Assembly (NCBI GenBank): GCA_046563655.1
Contig: CM102287.1
Location: forward strand, 4,154,001 to 4,218,000
Origin: Yuukianura sp. NJ FZ-2021
Taxonomy: Eukaryota
Direction: 5' to 3'
Length of the DNA: 64,000 nt
The notes beneath the pieces are model-generated. The model saw only the letters and a program-made list of their open reading frames with translations, made no database searches and was not told the origin of the DNA. Numbering within the stretch: position 1 is the stretch's first letter; each line of letters begins with the position of its first letter. The position numbers and the translations under genes are program-made. Positions 11,007 through 24,769 of the stretch are shown here, one piece after another.

Positions 11007-14000
11007 ATGGGCAAAACAAGATGGAGTACAAGTTGGACCGGAACAAGAAAGCGGAGAAAGCCAAAGTCAAAGACCAATTCCAGCCCAACCTCGACTACAA
11101 AGAAGAAAGCGGAGACCGATAACGTGAAACCAACAGGATCAAAAGTTAATTCAGTCCAAGAGGCAAATTCTAGCACCGATTCAATCAATTCGTCAAAGTC
11201 TCCGGAGATTCCTAGGAAAGTAATGAACAACAGCACTTCAAATGCAAACGAGATTCCTGTAGACTGTGCTCGGGGTCGTCGCACTAGGGGGCGAATGAGT
11301 TACGTCGAAGACATGATTTCTTCTTCCGAAGAGGATCAAGACAACGAAAAACCGGAAGACAACGGTACTGACATTGCTCGTGCCAAACAAAACAGGACGC
11401 CGGAGATGCCTGTTCTGGTTCCAGAAGTATCTTCAGTCGCGGATGCTGGCCAGGATGACTCTGGTTCGGAATCAGACTCAGAGGACGGGAAGAACCAATC
11501 TCCTTCCAGTTCAAATACACAAAGCGGTAATCGGAAACGAAGACGAAAGAAGAAACTGTTTACAACGAGAAAGTCTCCCAGAACAAGTTCACCATCAAAG
11601 ACTGTCAATATTTCATCTTCAGCACCACCAGCATCTCACGACAATTTGCCTACAGGGTAAGGTCATTTCAACACAGTTTGAATTTTGGAGTTGAATTTTC
11701 TAATTGTTTTTATTCAATTCTCAGAGACCTTTCTGATTTCGCCGAGGAAGTTGAAATCAAGGAACCAAGAATTTGCTTGACCCGAGTAAACGATTTGGAA
11801 GAGTTTCGTGAATCGTTGCGCCAGTTTGAAGAAAATCTTGCCAAGAGCTTATCAGGAAAAACAGAAACGGCGAAGGAGACAAAATTAGTTGGTTCTGATT
11901 CCGAATCGGAGTCAGAAGATGAAAAATCGGAGTCTTCTGAAGAAGACGATGAAAAGCCAGGAACTTCTACAGCAAAACCAACATTTCGTTGTCGTCCATG
12001 CAAATCGTCCTTTGAAGATGAAGATTCTCTCAAAAGTCACATGGAAAAAGTTCATCCTCAAGAACCACAACGCACCAAATGCAACTACTGTTCCAGATTT
12101 TTTCCAAATCCTATGCAACTTGAAGCTCACGAAGCCTTTCACAGTAACAAAACCAAGTTGTCATCGTTTATCCCTGAACGTATGGACTACGTTTGTCAAT
12201 TTTGTCAGGCGAGGTTCAAGAAACCCAACGGCCTATCAAGACACATTTCCCAGAAGCATTCCCTCGCAAGAGGATCTCTCTCAGTGGATCTTCTGGACAA
12301 GAATACTAGAGATCTACGAAGACAAATTGCAGTGGCCAGGAAACATATTCGACCAATCCGGAAAGATCCAATTCGCGAACCACCTTCTCCGTTTGTATCA
12401 GAAACAGCCGAGCCAATGCACGTCACTGTCGAACCGGTACTTCAAAATCCCGAACCAGTTCAAACTTATCAAGCTTCTGGACCAATTTATGTCCGAAATG
12501 GAATCATTGAACTTGGACCTGTCAAGGAAGAAATCGTTGACGAAACGTTTGAACCACAGGAAGAAGACGAAGTAATCACTCCAATGCTTCTGAATGTTGG
12601 TGAGCGAGGACCAAAAGAAGAAGATGAAGACGAAGCTTATCCATTGGCCGACATGTTGGAAGTAGATGAAGTGTCACCACCTATAATTGACCCCTCTGAA
12701 AGTGTAATTCCATTTGACATGACAAACGGTGTCAAATGTAGCATTTCAGATATGGGTTCACTTTTGGACTTACTGGATGGACCAGATCCAAATGCTGGTG
12801 TTCCTGGATTCCCCAAAGCTATGCTTACTCTCAACTATGAAGATGGAGTTGGTGACAAGGCCAAAGATTCGGAGCTGGCCAGTGACCGTCCAGGACGTTT
12901 TAAATGCGAATTCTGTCCGCGTGTACTTGGATCCAAGATGCACCTTCTCGCTCATCGAAGAGAGTCACATTCAGCCAGAATTCGAAAACCGTATATCTGT
13001 ATGCACCCAAATTGTTCCCAGCGATTTGAGTCTTCACAGAGTCTTCAGTTTCATCGAAACAAGGAACATGCCAGAAAAGAAGACGTGGTAGCTGAAGCTC
13101 CAATTGTCAGAGTACCGATACCGATTCCAGAACCGGTACTACCGCAACCAGTTCCAGTTCTACCGAATCAACCAGTACAAGAAATCGTTCCAAATGTTCC
13201 GACAGTACGAGAAGAAATAGAGCCAGAGGGAGATACCGATGTCGGTACCGGTTCGTCATCGTCACTTGCTGGACATATTGCTCCAACTTCAGCAGAACCG
13301 GCTTTAGAAGACTTGCCAGAATCAGCACGAGTAGTTCGAGATCCTACTATGCCTCTACGACTGACCGACGGAAGTGAAGATTTACTGCTAGGATTCAAGT
13401 ATGCCTGTCCCATGTGTGGTGCTAAGTTTAAGAAAATGTCGACATATTTGCAACATGAGTGGTTACATTCTGATGAAGTGACGAGGAAACAGATACAACG
13501 AAGACGAAAACTGGAGCTGAAGTGGAACGTCAAAGACAAACCCAAGCCGTACAAACGACGGATGACGGTGAACAGAGCACTTGGGCCAAAGCAATTTTTG
13601 GGTAGAGATGCTGCTGACGAAGAAGAAGAATCAGCTGGTAAGTAACCAGGCCTGGAAATTGTCGGGTATCCGGGTATCCAGGATACCAGGAAATTTTGGG
13701 CGAAAAAAAAAATTTTTTTTTTAGAAAAAATGGAGAAAAAAGCAAAAAATTAAAAATTAAATTTTTTGCATTTTGTAATGGAAAGCATAACACTTTCCCA
13801 AAATTCTACGAAAAAATTCCTCAAACTCTAGGAAAGGTAAAATTCCTAAAATCTAGGAAAGCAGAACCAGGCCTGGAAATTGTTTTTTCTTCCTGGTATC
13901 CGGAGTCCCATTTCCTAAAATTGCGGCTCGCGCGTTCGGCGCTCGCCGCTCGCTTTTCATTTTAGAAAAATTGCAACCAAACTGAATAGCTCCGATCTAT

Positions 14001-17000
14001 AAGCCTATCTATCTGCGCCGAAGGCGCAAGGATTTTTTTTTTCATTTGTACTGCGTGATAGGCAATTCAAACAGGCACGGACGGGGGTCCAGGCCAAATT
14101 TGGGTCTCGGGATTACGTATTTTTGCGTAATTTTTACTCGTTATTTTTACTGTTCTCGCGTCCAAGCATTCGATGGAATTTACGAAGAATTAGTCGCCGA
14201 AGGCAGGCGCCATTCTTTTTTCGATTTTGAACTCGATAAAAACACTTCCTACCCCTCAAACCGGGTCAAAAATGGCTAGAAGGGGAAGAACAAAATTGCG
14301 CTGGGAGGCGCGAAATTTTTTCGATTTCGGATGGAAAAAGTCACTTCTGACCCCACAATTTGGGTTGAAAATAGCTAGAAGGAACGACATCGCGCCGTTA
14401 GGCGCGAAGCTTTTTAGATTTTGAAACCCGAAAAATCACAACTAACCCCGACAATCAGGTCCAAAATGACTAAAAATTAAAAAATCGCGCCGTTAGGCGC
14501 GAAGCTTTTTCGATTTTCCAACCCGAAAAATTCATAACTGACCCCGCAAATCGGGTCCAAAATGTCTAAAAATTGCAAAATGTTTTGATTTTCTAGCTTT
14601 AAAAGTTGCATTTAAGCCCGCCAACCAAGAGAAAACAAGAGGCAAAGCAATCGCGCCGCTAGGCGCGAGAAATTTTTCGATTTTAGCATTAAAAAAAATC
14701 ATTTTCACCCCCAAAGCCTGACAATTTCTCATCGCGTCCAATAGATTACACGGAAACAACTTGTGCCGGAGGCGCATAGAATTTTTCGATAATTAGGTGC
14801 CTAGAAAGCTAGGAAAGCTAGGTTTCGTTAGATATTTTAGGAAGTCCTAGATTTCCTAGATTTTTAGGAAACCCAACTTTCCTAGATTTTTAGAAAGTTT
14901 AGCTTTCCTAAATTTTTAGGAATTTTAGCTTTCCTAGATTTTTAGGCAATCCACCTTTGCTAGATTTTTAGGAAGCTGGGCTTTCCCAGATTTTAGGAAA
15001 GCTGTCTTTCCTAGATTTTTAAGAAGCTCTGCTTTCCTAGACTTTAGGAAGTTCTGCTTTCTTAGAGGTTAGGAAGTTCAGGAATTTTAGCTTTCCTAGA
15101 TTTTAGGAAACCCACCTTTCCTAAAATTTTAGGAAGTTCCGCTTTCCTGGGTTTTAGGAAACCCGTCTTTCCAAGATTTTTAGGAAGTTCTGCTTTCTTA
15201 GATTTTAGGAAGTTCAGGAATTTAGCTTTCCTAGATTTTTGGGAATTTTAGCTTTCCTAGATTTTTAGGAAACCCATCTTTCTTAAATTTTTAGGAAGTT
15301 CAGCTTTTCTGGATTTTAGGAAACCCGTCTTTCCAAGATTTTGAGGAAGTTCTGCAGCAGAACTTCCTCAAAATCTTGGAAAGACGGGTTTCCTAAAACC
15401 CAGGAAAGCGGAACTTCCTAAAATTTTAGGAAAGGTGGGTTTCCTAAAATCTAGGAAAGCTAAAATTCCTGAACTTCCTAACCTCTAAGAAAGCAGAACT
15501 TCCTAAAGTCTAGGAAAGCAGAGCTTCTTAAAAATCTAGGAAAGACAGCTTTCCTAAAATCTGGGAAAGCCCAGCTTCCTAAAAATCTAGCAAAGGTGGA
15601 TTGCCTAAAAATCTAGGAAAGCTAAAATTCCTAAAAATTTAGGAAAGCTAAACTTTCTAAAAATCTAGGAAAGTTGGGTTTCCTAAAAATCTAGGAAATC
15701 TAGGACTTCCTAAAATATCTAACGAAACCTAGCTTTCCTAGCTTTCTAGGCACCTAATTATCGAAAAATTCTATGCGCCTCCGGCACAAGTTGTTTCCGT
15801 GTAATCTATTGGACGCGACGAGAAATTGTCAGGCTTTGGGGGTGAAAATGATTTTTTTTTAATGCTAAAATCGAAAAATTTCTCGCGCCTAGCGGCGCGA
15901 TTGCTTTGCCTCTTGTTTTCTCTTGGTTGGCGGGCTTAAATGCAACTTTTAAAGCTAGAAAATCAAAACATTTTGCAATTTTTAGACATTTTGGACCCGA
16001 TTTGCGGGGTCAGTTATGAATTTTTCGGGTTGGAAAATCGAAAATGCTTCGCGCCTAACGGCGCGATTTTTTAATTTTTAGTCATTTTGGACCTGATTCT
16101 CGGGGTTAGTTGTGATTTTTCGGCTTTCAAAATCTATAAAGCTTCGCGCCTAACGGCGCGATGTCGTTCCTTCTAGCTATTTTCAACCCAAATTGTGGGG
16201 TCAGAAGTGACTTTTTCCATCCGAAATCGAAAAAATTTCGCGCCTCCCAGCGCAATTTTGTTCTTCCCCTTCTAGCCATTTTTGACCCGGTTTGAGGGGT
16301 AGGAAGTGTTTTTATCGAGTTCAAAATCGAAAAAAGAATGGCGCCTGCCTTCGGCGACTAATTCTTCGTAAATTCCATCGAATACTTGGACGCGAGAACA
16401 GTAAAAATAACGAGTAAAAATTACGCAAAAATACGTAATCCCGAGACCCAAATTTGGCCTGGACCCCCGTCCGTGCCTGTTTGAATTGCCTATCACGCAG
16501 TACAAAGGAAAAAAAAAATCCTTGCGCCTTCGGCGCAGATAGATAGGCTTATAGATCGGAGCTATTTAGTTTGGTTGCAATTTTTCTAAAATGAAAAGCG
16601 AGCGGCGAGCGCCGAAGGCGCGAGCCGCAATTTTAGGAAATGGGACTCCGGATACCAGGAAGAAAAAACAATTTCCAGGCCTGTAAAGTAACATTGAAAT
16701 TTCAATTGAAAATTTTTGGAAAAGTCAGCTTTTAATTTTCAATTTTTTTTTCTTTTTGCTTCCAGCCTCAGCGCCCGCTGCCGAAGGACACCCCCAAGGA
16801 GAACCAGAGTCTGACGTTTCTGAAATTCCGATTATTAGTCAAGTAGTGTCGAAACCTAAACCAGTACAGTCTGTTGCTCCTGTTCAAAAATTGCGTAATC
16901 CCGAACCGACGTCAATCAGTGTCGGATCACCACAGTCAAGTTCAAACAGTTCCAGCGATGATTCAGCATCTACGCTTCTGCCCATTTCAACTATTCCTCC

Positions 17001-19306
17001 AAGGCCAGTCCAACTTCCAGTTCCAGCACAAACTGGAGTTTCATTCAGGATTTGTCGAGATCCACCACGATACAACATTGAATCCAAAATATGCGATATT
17101 TGTGCACATGTATGCTATGGTACATTCGGCCTGGAGAATCACATGCTCACGGTACACAACATGATTCTCTGTATAGCCTGCAACTTGTGCTCGACGTCTC
17201 AAGCAGCTCATGAAATCCATTTGCTCAGTGACCATCCCGACCATGAGCATTTCTGTCGACCTTGTATCAAATTACTTCACAACGCATCTCACTTTGCTCG
17301 ACATGGAGACAGTGAACCACATAAACTCAAAGTACAACAACGAGATCATGAAATGCGGGCGGCTGAAACTGAGGTCAATCTAGACTGTGAAGTGGAATGT
17401 CAACATCGCAATTTCATCTGTGACATTTGTTCCAGCGGACAACACTCTTTACCCAAACTGGAACTCCATGTTCTCCAAATTCATCAACAGTTTTTATGTA
17501 CAATTTGTCAAAAACTGTACGGAAGTAGGAGTGGACTGGAGTTGCATCGACGGGGTCACGTGGGTGAATCCAAATTTGATTGCTTGATGTGTATGATTCC
17601 TTTTAAGAAAAAAGCTTCGTTATCGTCACATCAGAAGTCAAGAGGTCACATGACCCGTGTCAGAGAAATTAATCAGTCAGCAAAAGCTCGTCCTGCTCCA
17701 CCAATCGTCCTGTCTACTCCGCTTCCAGAAACTGGAGAACGCTTGGTATTTGTTCAGGTACGCCATCATTCACTTGATTATACTGCATTTTTCCCCTATG
17801 CAGTTGTTGATTTGTTTTTGACGCGCAGAGTCTTGAAAGGAATTCTGCTTAACCAGACACATTTTCATATTAAATTTTTAGCTTTTTGAAAGGAATTCTG
17901 CTTGTTATTAAACAGACAAATTTTCATATTAAATTTTCAGCTTTTTGGAATTTGGAATTCTGCTTGTTAAACAGGCAAATTTTCCCACTACAAATTTTTA
18001 GCGTCTTGAAATTTGGAATTCCGTTTTGAGCTAAAGACCGTTTTCATTTGATGGTACATGTAGAGGCGACTGTTTCACTTCAACCTGAGACGTTTCTAGG
18101 GATCACGCATTAAAAATCAAATGAAGAACTGCACATGGAAGGAAATGAAGTATAATCGTAGTCAATTACTTTTGAATTTTTAACTTACTGGTTTATTTTT
18201 TTTTGAAGGTTGCGCCAAATCAAGACTCTGCCGAAGTCATAGTGGGTTCGGATCCAGCTGAAGCGGAAGATGACGAGGCGTTCCGTGTCCATGAGCTGCT
18301 GAGGAATCCACAAACGGGTGACTACCAATGCTGTCTTTGTATGGATGAGTTTCTGGACTATGAAGTATTTGATGATCACATGGTCATTGGACACGATGTG
18401 AGCTTATTCAAGAAAATCTCGGCTCGAGTGTGCAAAATTTTTAAGTCCCTGAACCAGAAACCGCAGATTTTCAAATGTACCGCCTGCAAGAAAATATTTC
18501 TGGACAATTCGTCTTTCAGACGTCACTGGATGCGGTTTCACAGCAGCAGCAGTACTAATCAAACGCCTAACTCGGACTGTACTTTAGAAACAAGTCAAGG
18601 TGACTCGGACATTGAAATACTGGAAGACGATCCACCGGATATCCCGCAGCATCAGCATCCTCTCCCTCCAGTACTCGTGCCAACACTGACCAAGATCGAA
18701 AGAAATACTGACGATATGGATTCGTTTCCAAAAATTCAGAGTGTTTCTGGGACACTCCATGTCAATGACATTCGAAGTGTGACAACTTCTGTCCCATCAC
18801 AAGCATCAGCACAGAATATGTCCAAGAAACTGTTTGTACCTATTGGCGGATCGCCCCAATTGGCTCAGATGCTGCAGCAGTCGACAAGTACTGGCAGAAG
18901 TACTATACTGCCAGTATCCAGTACTCCTGGATCAATTGTAGCTCCAATGCGAACTGTCTATGCTTGTGGACAATGTGACAACTTGTACTCAAATCAAGTT
19001 GATTTAAACAACCATGTTGTCGGATGTCGCAAAACTTTAAAACCCTGGACCCCTCTAGATCCAAAAATACTTGCGCAGCATGTTTCAGACAAAACTCCGA
19101 TTCCAATGGAAAATGTACGAATCACGGTGCCGAAACGACCGCCACAAGTAGTTGATTTGACTAGTGATGATGAAGACAGTACTGAGCAAGCATCACTGGC
19201 AGCATCGGAGCATCCAGAATCGCTGAAATTGACTGACAGCGATACTGTTGTAATGGACGCTTCTGACACTGACATGCCCAGTAATGGTAGCCTAAACCTA
19301 ATGTAA
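11007..19306 (+). CDS. Multi-C2H2 zinc-finger protein (~1550 aa, ~15 fingers), intact copy A; exons 11007-11656, 11725-13637, 16766-17757, 18209-19306
   Basis: Splice phases 2/1/0 are consistent (4653 nt). Repeated CxxC...H...H motifs and a basic NLS-like RKRRRKKK. Splice sites are conserved in the paralogues. Confidence 0.85.
13647..16683. mobile_element. Non-autonomous hAT-like element containing a ~2.8-kb palindrome, in ZF intron 2
   Basis: TIR CAGGCCTGGAAATTG at both ends, TSD taagtaac/taaagtaac, absent in copies B and C. Internal CTAGGAAA-rich degenerate repeats; hairpin centre at 15356. Confidence 0.9.
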
Positions 19307-20599
19307 TCTTAAGCATAATTGTAGTAAATTTTGTTAGGTAAAATAATTACCTTGACCTTTGACCTTGTACGGGAAGACTTGTTTATGATTTAATTCCTTC
19401 GTTCTTAATTTTTTCTCTTGTTTAGAACAGTTTCGTTTTCACTTTGTTTTTTCTACTTCTTCTAATAATCAGCGTTTACAGCGCAGCGCAATTATAGTTA
19501 GCCCATTTTAGAATTTCAATTCTAATTAAAAGTTAATTGAACAATTAAGTTTGAGAAGTAGTTTTAAAGCATCATTTTTTGCCAAGGTGGATCTTATAAC
19601 ATGAAAGTTAAGTTAAATTTAATTAATTAACTTGGTAAGTCTTCGTAAAACACCTTTCCAACAATGTAATTTTCTTAAGGTGCGAACCCACAACAATAAT
19701 TGTTCAACTTCTTTCCAACAATACAGAGGGGGCGGGGCGTGAATATAATAAAATAAACAGCATTTTATGTGTAAGAGATATGCCTTTGTTATATCCAATA
19801 ATTTTTAGAGTCTCCGTAACCTCTTGACCCACTAACACTAATTAACTTAACTAATTAACTAAATATTTTAGTTAATTAAGTGATTATAGCCTTTATTTCA
19901 ATTGGAGCAGTTTAGCTCCTCCTCCTTTCAACTTTTAGTTTAAAAAGCAGGAGTCTCTTTTTTATATTTTAGAGAAGCGTAATGACGTGCGTAGACGTAA
20001 GGCGTCAACGCAAGTTTTTTGAACTTGAAAATTTTGATTTTCAAAATTTCAAAACAAAAATTATTGTGCTCTGGACCTTCCCGAACAACACCCGCCTTAT
20101 TTTTTGGGATTTTGAAAAAAGTGGATCATAAAAAAGAGAAATGTAGATCTTCCGGACTTTTGTTTTTTGAGTTACAGTTCAGAGCCAAGTCTAAAAACAG
20201 AAACAAAAGAGAGTGATTTTTCAAAAAAAAACTGGCAAACTTTTCCAAAACAAAATTCAAAACACCATTTTCGAATTTTGAGTTTTAAAAAGGACTCAAA
20301 ATACTCAAACGCAGAGATTCCTCCAAAGACTCAAAAACTATCACAAAAAGCTTGACAACAAAACCCAACTAACTATTCAAAATTTCTAATTAGTTTTATA
20401 AATTCCCGCGTAAATTCAAAACTACTTTTACGATTTACGAGAAACGAAATGGAAAGCGGATGGAAACGGTTAATTTTTGATAGAAACAAGAACGTTTTTA
20501 GTACGTTTAGAGAAAAAGTGCGTGTTGGTGGCAGGTCAGAGGGCATTTGGACATTGACAAGAGACACAAAAATTGGCGTGACAGCAGCAGTAGCAGCAT

Positions 20600-23285
20600 G
20601 GGGTGAAGTGAGACTTAGACGACGACGAAATTCAAGTAGCTACACAGGCACCTTTACGCTTGCGCTGAAATCTCAATGGAACAAAACGCTTTTGTGTGTC
20701 ACAGAAGACGGAATTTACGGTTTCAATTTTCATACCATCTCGTTCTCATTTTCGTCTGGAGACGTTTCCAGCGCTGGCAGCGGCGGGGGCGTGGAAACAG
20801 GAGCAGAGCTGGATCGGTTTCCTGTTCCAAATCCTTTCGGACATCCTTACACCAAAAATCAATCAATTAATTGCACAACTAACTAGTTAAGGTACAGCCA
20901 AGGTTCCTTAACAACCGACTTGTATTTCCTACAACCGTAGCAGGTAATTTGGTCGGAAGTGAATTGGTCGGAATGGCAGAGGTCGGCAGGCGTATATGGG
21001 ATTTAGGTTAGGTTTGGTTAACCTTTCTAATGCTAGGGGTAGGTTAGGGTTGCCGACATCTGCGTTTTCGACCAATCCAATTCCGACCAAATTACCTGGA
21101 ACCCCTACAACAGGTTGTCCAATAACTCAGGGTTTCCAAAAATCTTACTTCAATCAAATTTCTGCAGCAATTCTGACCAATCCCATTTACATTACATGAC
21201 AAAAATCGCCATAGAAAGGCAGATTATTTTTAAACAAAAATTTCCAGTTATTGGACAACCTGGTGCAGAGAAGTTTTTTTTTTGTTGTTTACGAACCTTG
21301 GGTACAACTTTTTAGTTTCGGACTTACCCAAGTCACCGCTGTCGGAAGACTCTGTGTACTCTGGTGTATACTCTTACTGTCCACGTCGTCGGAGTATCCG
21401 TCGCAGTTCGATCAATCGCTGGCGGTGAGCGCAGTCCACGGTGACCCAAGCCAGAACTTACACCCGACGTTGTGCTTGAAGAGGCCACACTTAACGTAGA
21501 TCTAAACGTTCTCGTTTCGACATAGACGTCTGACGCTGAAATCGTTTCCACTTCTGACGTTGTCACGGACGACGCAGTCGTCGTCGTGCCTGGATTGAAT
21601 GAGCTGCTCTGCTGAGACGAAGTTGGACGACGAGACGAACCGAGTGAGTTACTGAGATTCCAGGAGTTACGGATCAGCCGTCCATCGGGCATCATTGGCT
21701 GCATATGAGCCATATACTGTTTAGAATTCATACTGCTAAGGGTTAACGGTACGCCAACTGACTCTGGAAAAACAAAAACACAAACACAATTAGGTCAACA
21801 GTCCATTTCATCCTACAATTTTTTCACAAAAACACCCTCATGCACTAAATTTTCAGCAGTTTCTCGTGATTGTGTGTTCATGCAACTATTTCCGTGATGC
21901 AACCCTCCCTCGCTTGTATACAACTGCCATGCAATTTCCAAAATTTTTCAAAAAATTTGTCAAAACGCTTTTTTTTTTCTAAAAAAGCTCACTCGTCTTA
22001 AGTTAAAAGTTAAAAGAGATTATTAATGACAGACCATGTTGGGGAAAAAGATGCGAGGAGGGCAGCAGAGAAGAAGAGAAGTGTTAATTATTGTTGGTAA
22101 TTTTTAGATTTCAAGAAATTTTGAGAAATTTCTAGAAATTTTGAAATTTTCAAGCAGTTGTGGTAGTGCTGTCTTTCAAAATCGGACCTTTGGAAGGGCC
22201 TGCCGGTCCGAGTCCATCAGCCGCTACGGAGCCACTTCTCTTCGGAGTCCGCGGTGGAACCGGCGGTGGGACTTTTGATTTCGTACTCCCCATGTGTCCC
22301 GCCCTCAAAACGGCTGGGTAACTCGTTGTACTGGTGGCGCAGCACCACCAGCAGTTTCCGTCGTACTGGCTCCGCCTCCCAAACTACTGCTCCCACCCTT
22401 ATTCTTTTGAACAGCCAAAATTTGAGTTTCCTCGACAGCGTTCCCACCATTTCCGACCGTAGGCCTTTTCCCCACGGAATTTGAATTAATAGTTGGTGAC
22501 GGTGGCAGCGTCTCCGCCTGAGTAGAAGACGCCGCAGGATGGCTACAAGGCTGTGGAGGTACACTTCCTAAAGTTATAAATTCAAAGAAGTGTGTCACAA
22601 GCCAAGCTTTTTAAAAATTTTTGTCTTGAAGTGGTCAAGGTAGAGAAAAAAATCAAGTTTTCAAAACAAGATTTAAAAAAGTCAAAATACAAACAGAATT
22701 TTAAAAGCAATTGACATAAAGTCCCCAGAAAGCAATATCCTTTCCCCGTTTTCCCGAAAACCAAGCAAACTTAAAAGCTTCCCCAGAAGAACCAAACATT
22801 TTGAAACCAAAGATTCAAAAAATTTGAAACAAAACACATATTAAATTCTTCATTTTTTAAAAAGCGGTTCAACAAGAACTCACCAACAACATTGGTGTTC
22901 GGTTCAGAGTTGTCCAGTTGCTCTCCGGAAGATTTTAATCTGGGTGGCGGGCGTTTCTTTGATGGAGAATGCTTTAGAGCTGACAAAATTAAACAAAAGA
23001 AAAAAAATTCCAGATTTTAGACAATTAGGACCAACGGACAATACGGACAACAGGTAAACTAACTACACAACAATTTGACACACAAATACAAAAAGGTACA
23101 CACATTTTACATCCACACACAATTACACACACAGCTCACATAGGTCAACGTCACACAGTTACAGTTAAACATTTACATTTGCAGAATAATGCTTCGTATT
23201 CTCTCCTGCTCAGTTTCACAAAAATTATAAGCACAAACACAACAGAACAGCAAAATTTGAACAAAAATTAAAAAAAACACAAACA
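20600..23285 (-). pseudogene. Duplicated 3' exons of the PIP5K gene (no kinase domain), with deletions and frameshifts
   Basis: Direct repeat of ~51140-53715 with the same peptides ([37 protein letters not shown]). The frame breaks near 21370 and 20840. Confidence 0.85.
20899..21300. mobile_element. hAT-like MITE carrying a nested 168-bp insertion (20936-21103)
   Basis: Outer TIR CAAGGTTC/GAACCTTG with TSD ggtacagc/ggtacaac. Inner IR CAGGTAATTTGGTCGGAA with 8-bp TSD cctacaac; the inner element is absent at ~51504. Confidence 0.85.
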
Positions 23286-23324
23286 CAAGAATAGGTACGG
23301 AAGCGTAAAAGGGCCAAATCACTC

Positions 23325-23570
23325 CCCACTGCCCACTGCTCGGTACTCGATGCCCACTGCGCGGTTCCCAGTACTCGGTGCTCGGTTCCCAGTACTCGGT
23401 GCACGGTTCCCAGTACTCGGTGGTTCATTCCTCGAGATTCATTTCCCAAGATTCATTTCTCGAGATTCGTTTCTCGAGATTCATTTCTCGAGATTCATTT
23501 CTCGAGATTCGTTTCTCGAGATTCATTTCTCGAGATTCATCTCCCAAGATTTATTTCGCGAGATTCCATT
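23325..23570. repeat. Two adjacent minisatellites: ~21-bp (CAGTACTCGGTGCACGGTTCC) and 14-bp (GAGATTCATTTCTC)
   Basis: Tandem units read directly, immediately after the duplication breakpoint. Confidence 0.85.
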
Positions 23571-24019
23571 TTGTTACCTAAAACATATAAATTAGGTTAA
23601 CAAAATGAGTCCAAATTTGAATTCTAGTTTTACCCAAATGTGCAGAAAGTCGAGGATCTTCTTCTGAAAATGCAACTTTTCTTCCGAGTGGGTAATGTAT
23701 CTCATCATTCAAATTCCCACGTCGCCATATTTAAGATCGCGAGAGCTATCACTATCGATATCTTTTTATTCTTCCAGTCACACCCGAAGACACACCTGTA
23801 GCAAGAACCGTAACGCAACCATCCTTGTCTCCGGCAGTTGTCTCAACGCGTAGCCAGCATTTGAGTGCGTATTTTGAAATTTAACATGCCGCCATGTTAA
23901 ATTTCATATTTGTTAAGAGTTGAGGCATTTCGTACGCTTTAAATTTAACCTTGTGGCCCACTAAACGTTTTGTGCTTTTTAGAACTGCAATTTAAAATTA
24001 CAGTTGTTTCATTTGAAGC

Positions 24020-24475
24020 TTCACATCAGAAGTCAAGAGGTCACATGACCCGTGTCAGAGAAATTAATCAGTCAGCAAAAGCTCGTCCTGTTCCACCAAT
24101 CGTCCTGTCTACTCCGCTTCCAGAAACTGGAGAACGCTTGGTGTTTGTTCAGGTACGCCATGACTAACTTGATTATACTGCATTTTTTCCCTGTGCAGTT
24201 GCTGACTTGTTTTTGACGCGTAGAAACGTATTTGGTTGAAGTAAACCAAACTCACACTTAACACTTTCACTTATTTACTCACGAAATTTCCTATTAAATT
24301 TTTAGGTTTTTGAACTTTGGAATAATTCAGCTTGTTAAACAGGCAAATTTTCTTATTAAATTTTTAGCTTTTTGAACTTTGGAATTCTGCTTGTTAAACA
24401 GACAAATTTTCTTATTAAATTTTTAGCTTTTTGAACTTTGGAATTCTGCTTGTTAAACAAACAAATTTTCACTCC
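24020..24475 (+). pseudogene. Fragment of ZF exon 3 end plus intron 3 (copy-B type)
   Basis: SHQKSRGHMTRVREINQSAKARP...VFVQ. The intron sequence is the inverse of ~31560-31915. Confidence 0.85.
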
Positions 24476-24725
24476 CAAGCCGAAGACAACAAGCAATTCT
24501 GGAGGAATCATTGGAGAGGAGAGTTCCAAATTGTAGGGCTGGAAGAGCGTTGAGCCAATCACCGGAGTGTGGAGTAGCAGCAGCAAGCAATCGAGCCTTG
24601 TCAGTTAGAGACGAAGAGTCTTGGAGGAGATGGTTGTAGTGGAGACGGCTAAGTTCAAGATCCCAGTAATGTTGTTGGTTGGTGACTTCTGGAATCTCGA
24701 GACTTTTGTCAATCCATTGTCTAGA
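24470..24725 (-). mobile_element. Non-LTR retrotransposon fragment (CRE-like, region upstream of the RLE domain)
   Basis: Peptide DKARLLAAATPHSGDWLNALP..FGTLL.....RIACCLRLG resembles the post-RT segment of RLE-type non-LTR elements. Confidence 0.6.
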
Positions 24726-24769
24726 GGCAAATTTAATGCTTATTTGCAAATTTAATTTAAAAATTTAAT

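Noticed and set aside
10832..11122. Overlapping 96-aa ORF at the ZF start
   Set aside because: Alternative frame of exon 1, with a 5' part not conserved in copy B.
14046..16505. Mirror-image ORF pairs (14046/16272, 14227/16127)
   Set aside because: By-products of the palindrome arms, with no transposase motifs.
20019..20567. ORFs perfectly conserved in two places as genes
   Set aside because: Identity reflects the segmental duplication; the sequence is low-complexity and UTR-like, with non-ATG starts.
21000..21052. TTAGG-like motifs as interstitial telomere
   Set aside because: Few, degenerate, and internal to a small transposon.
23325..23570. Short regularly spaced repeats as a CRISPR array
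   Set aside because: Units are contiguous with no unique spacers, there are no cas genes, and the context is eukaryotic.
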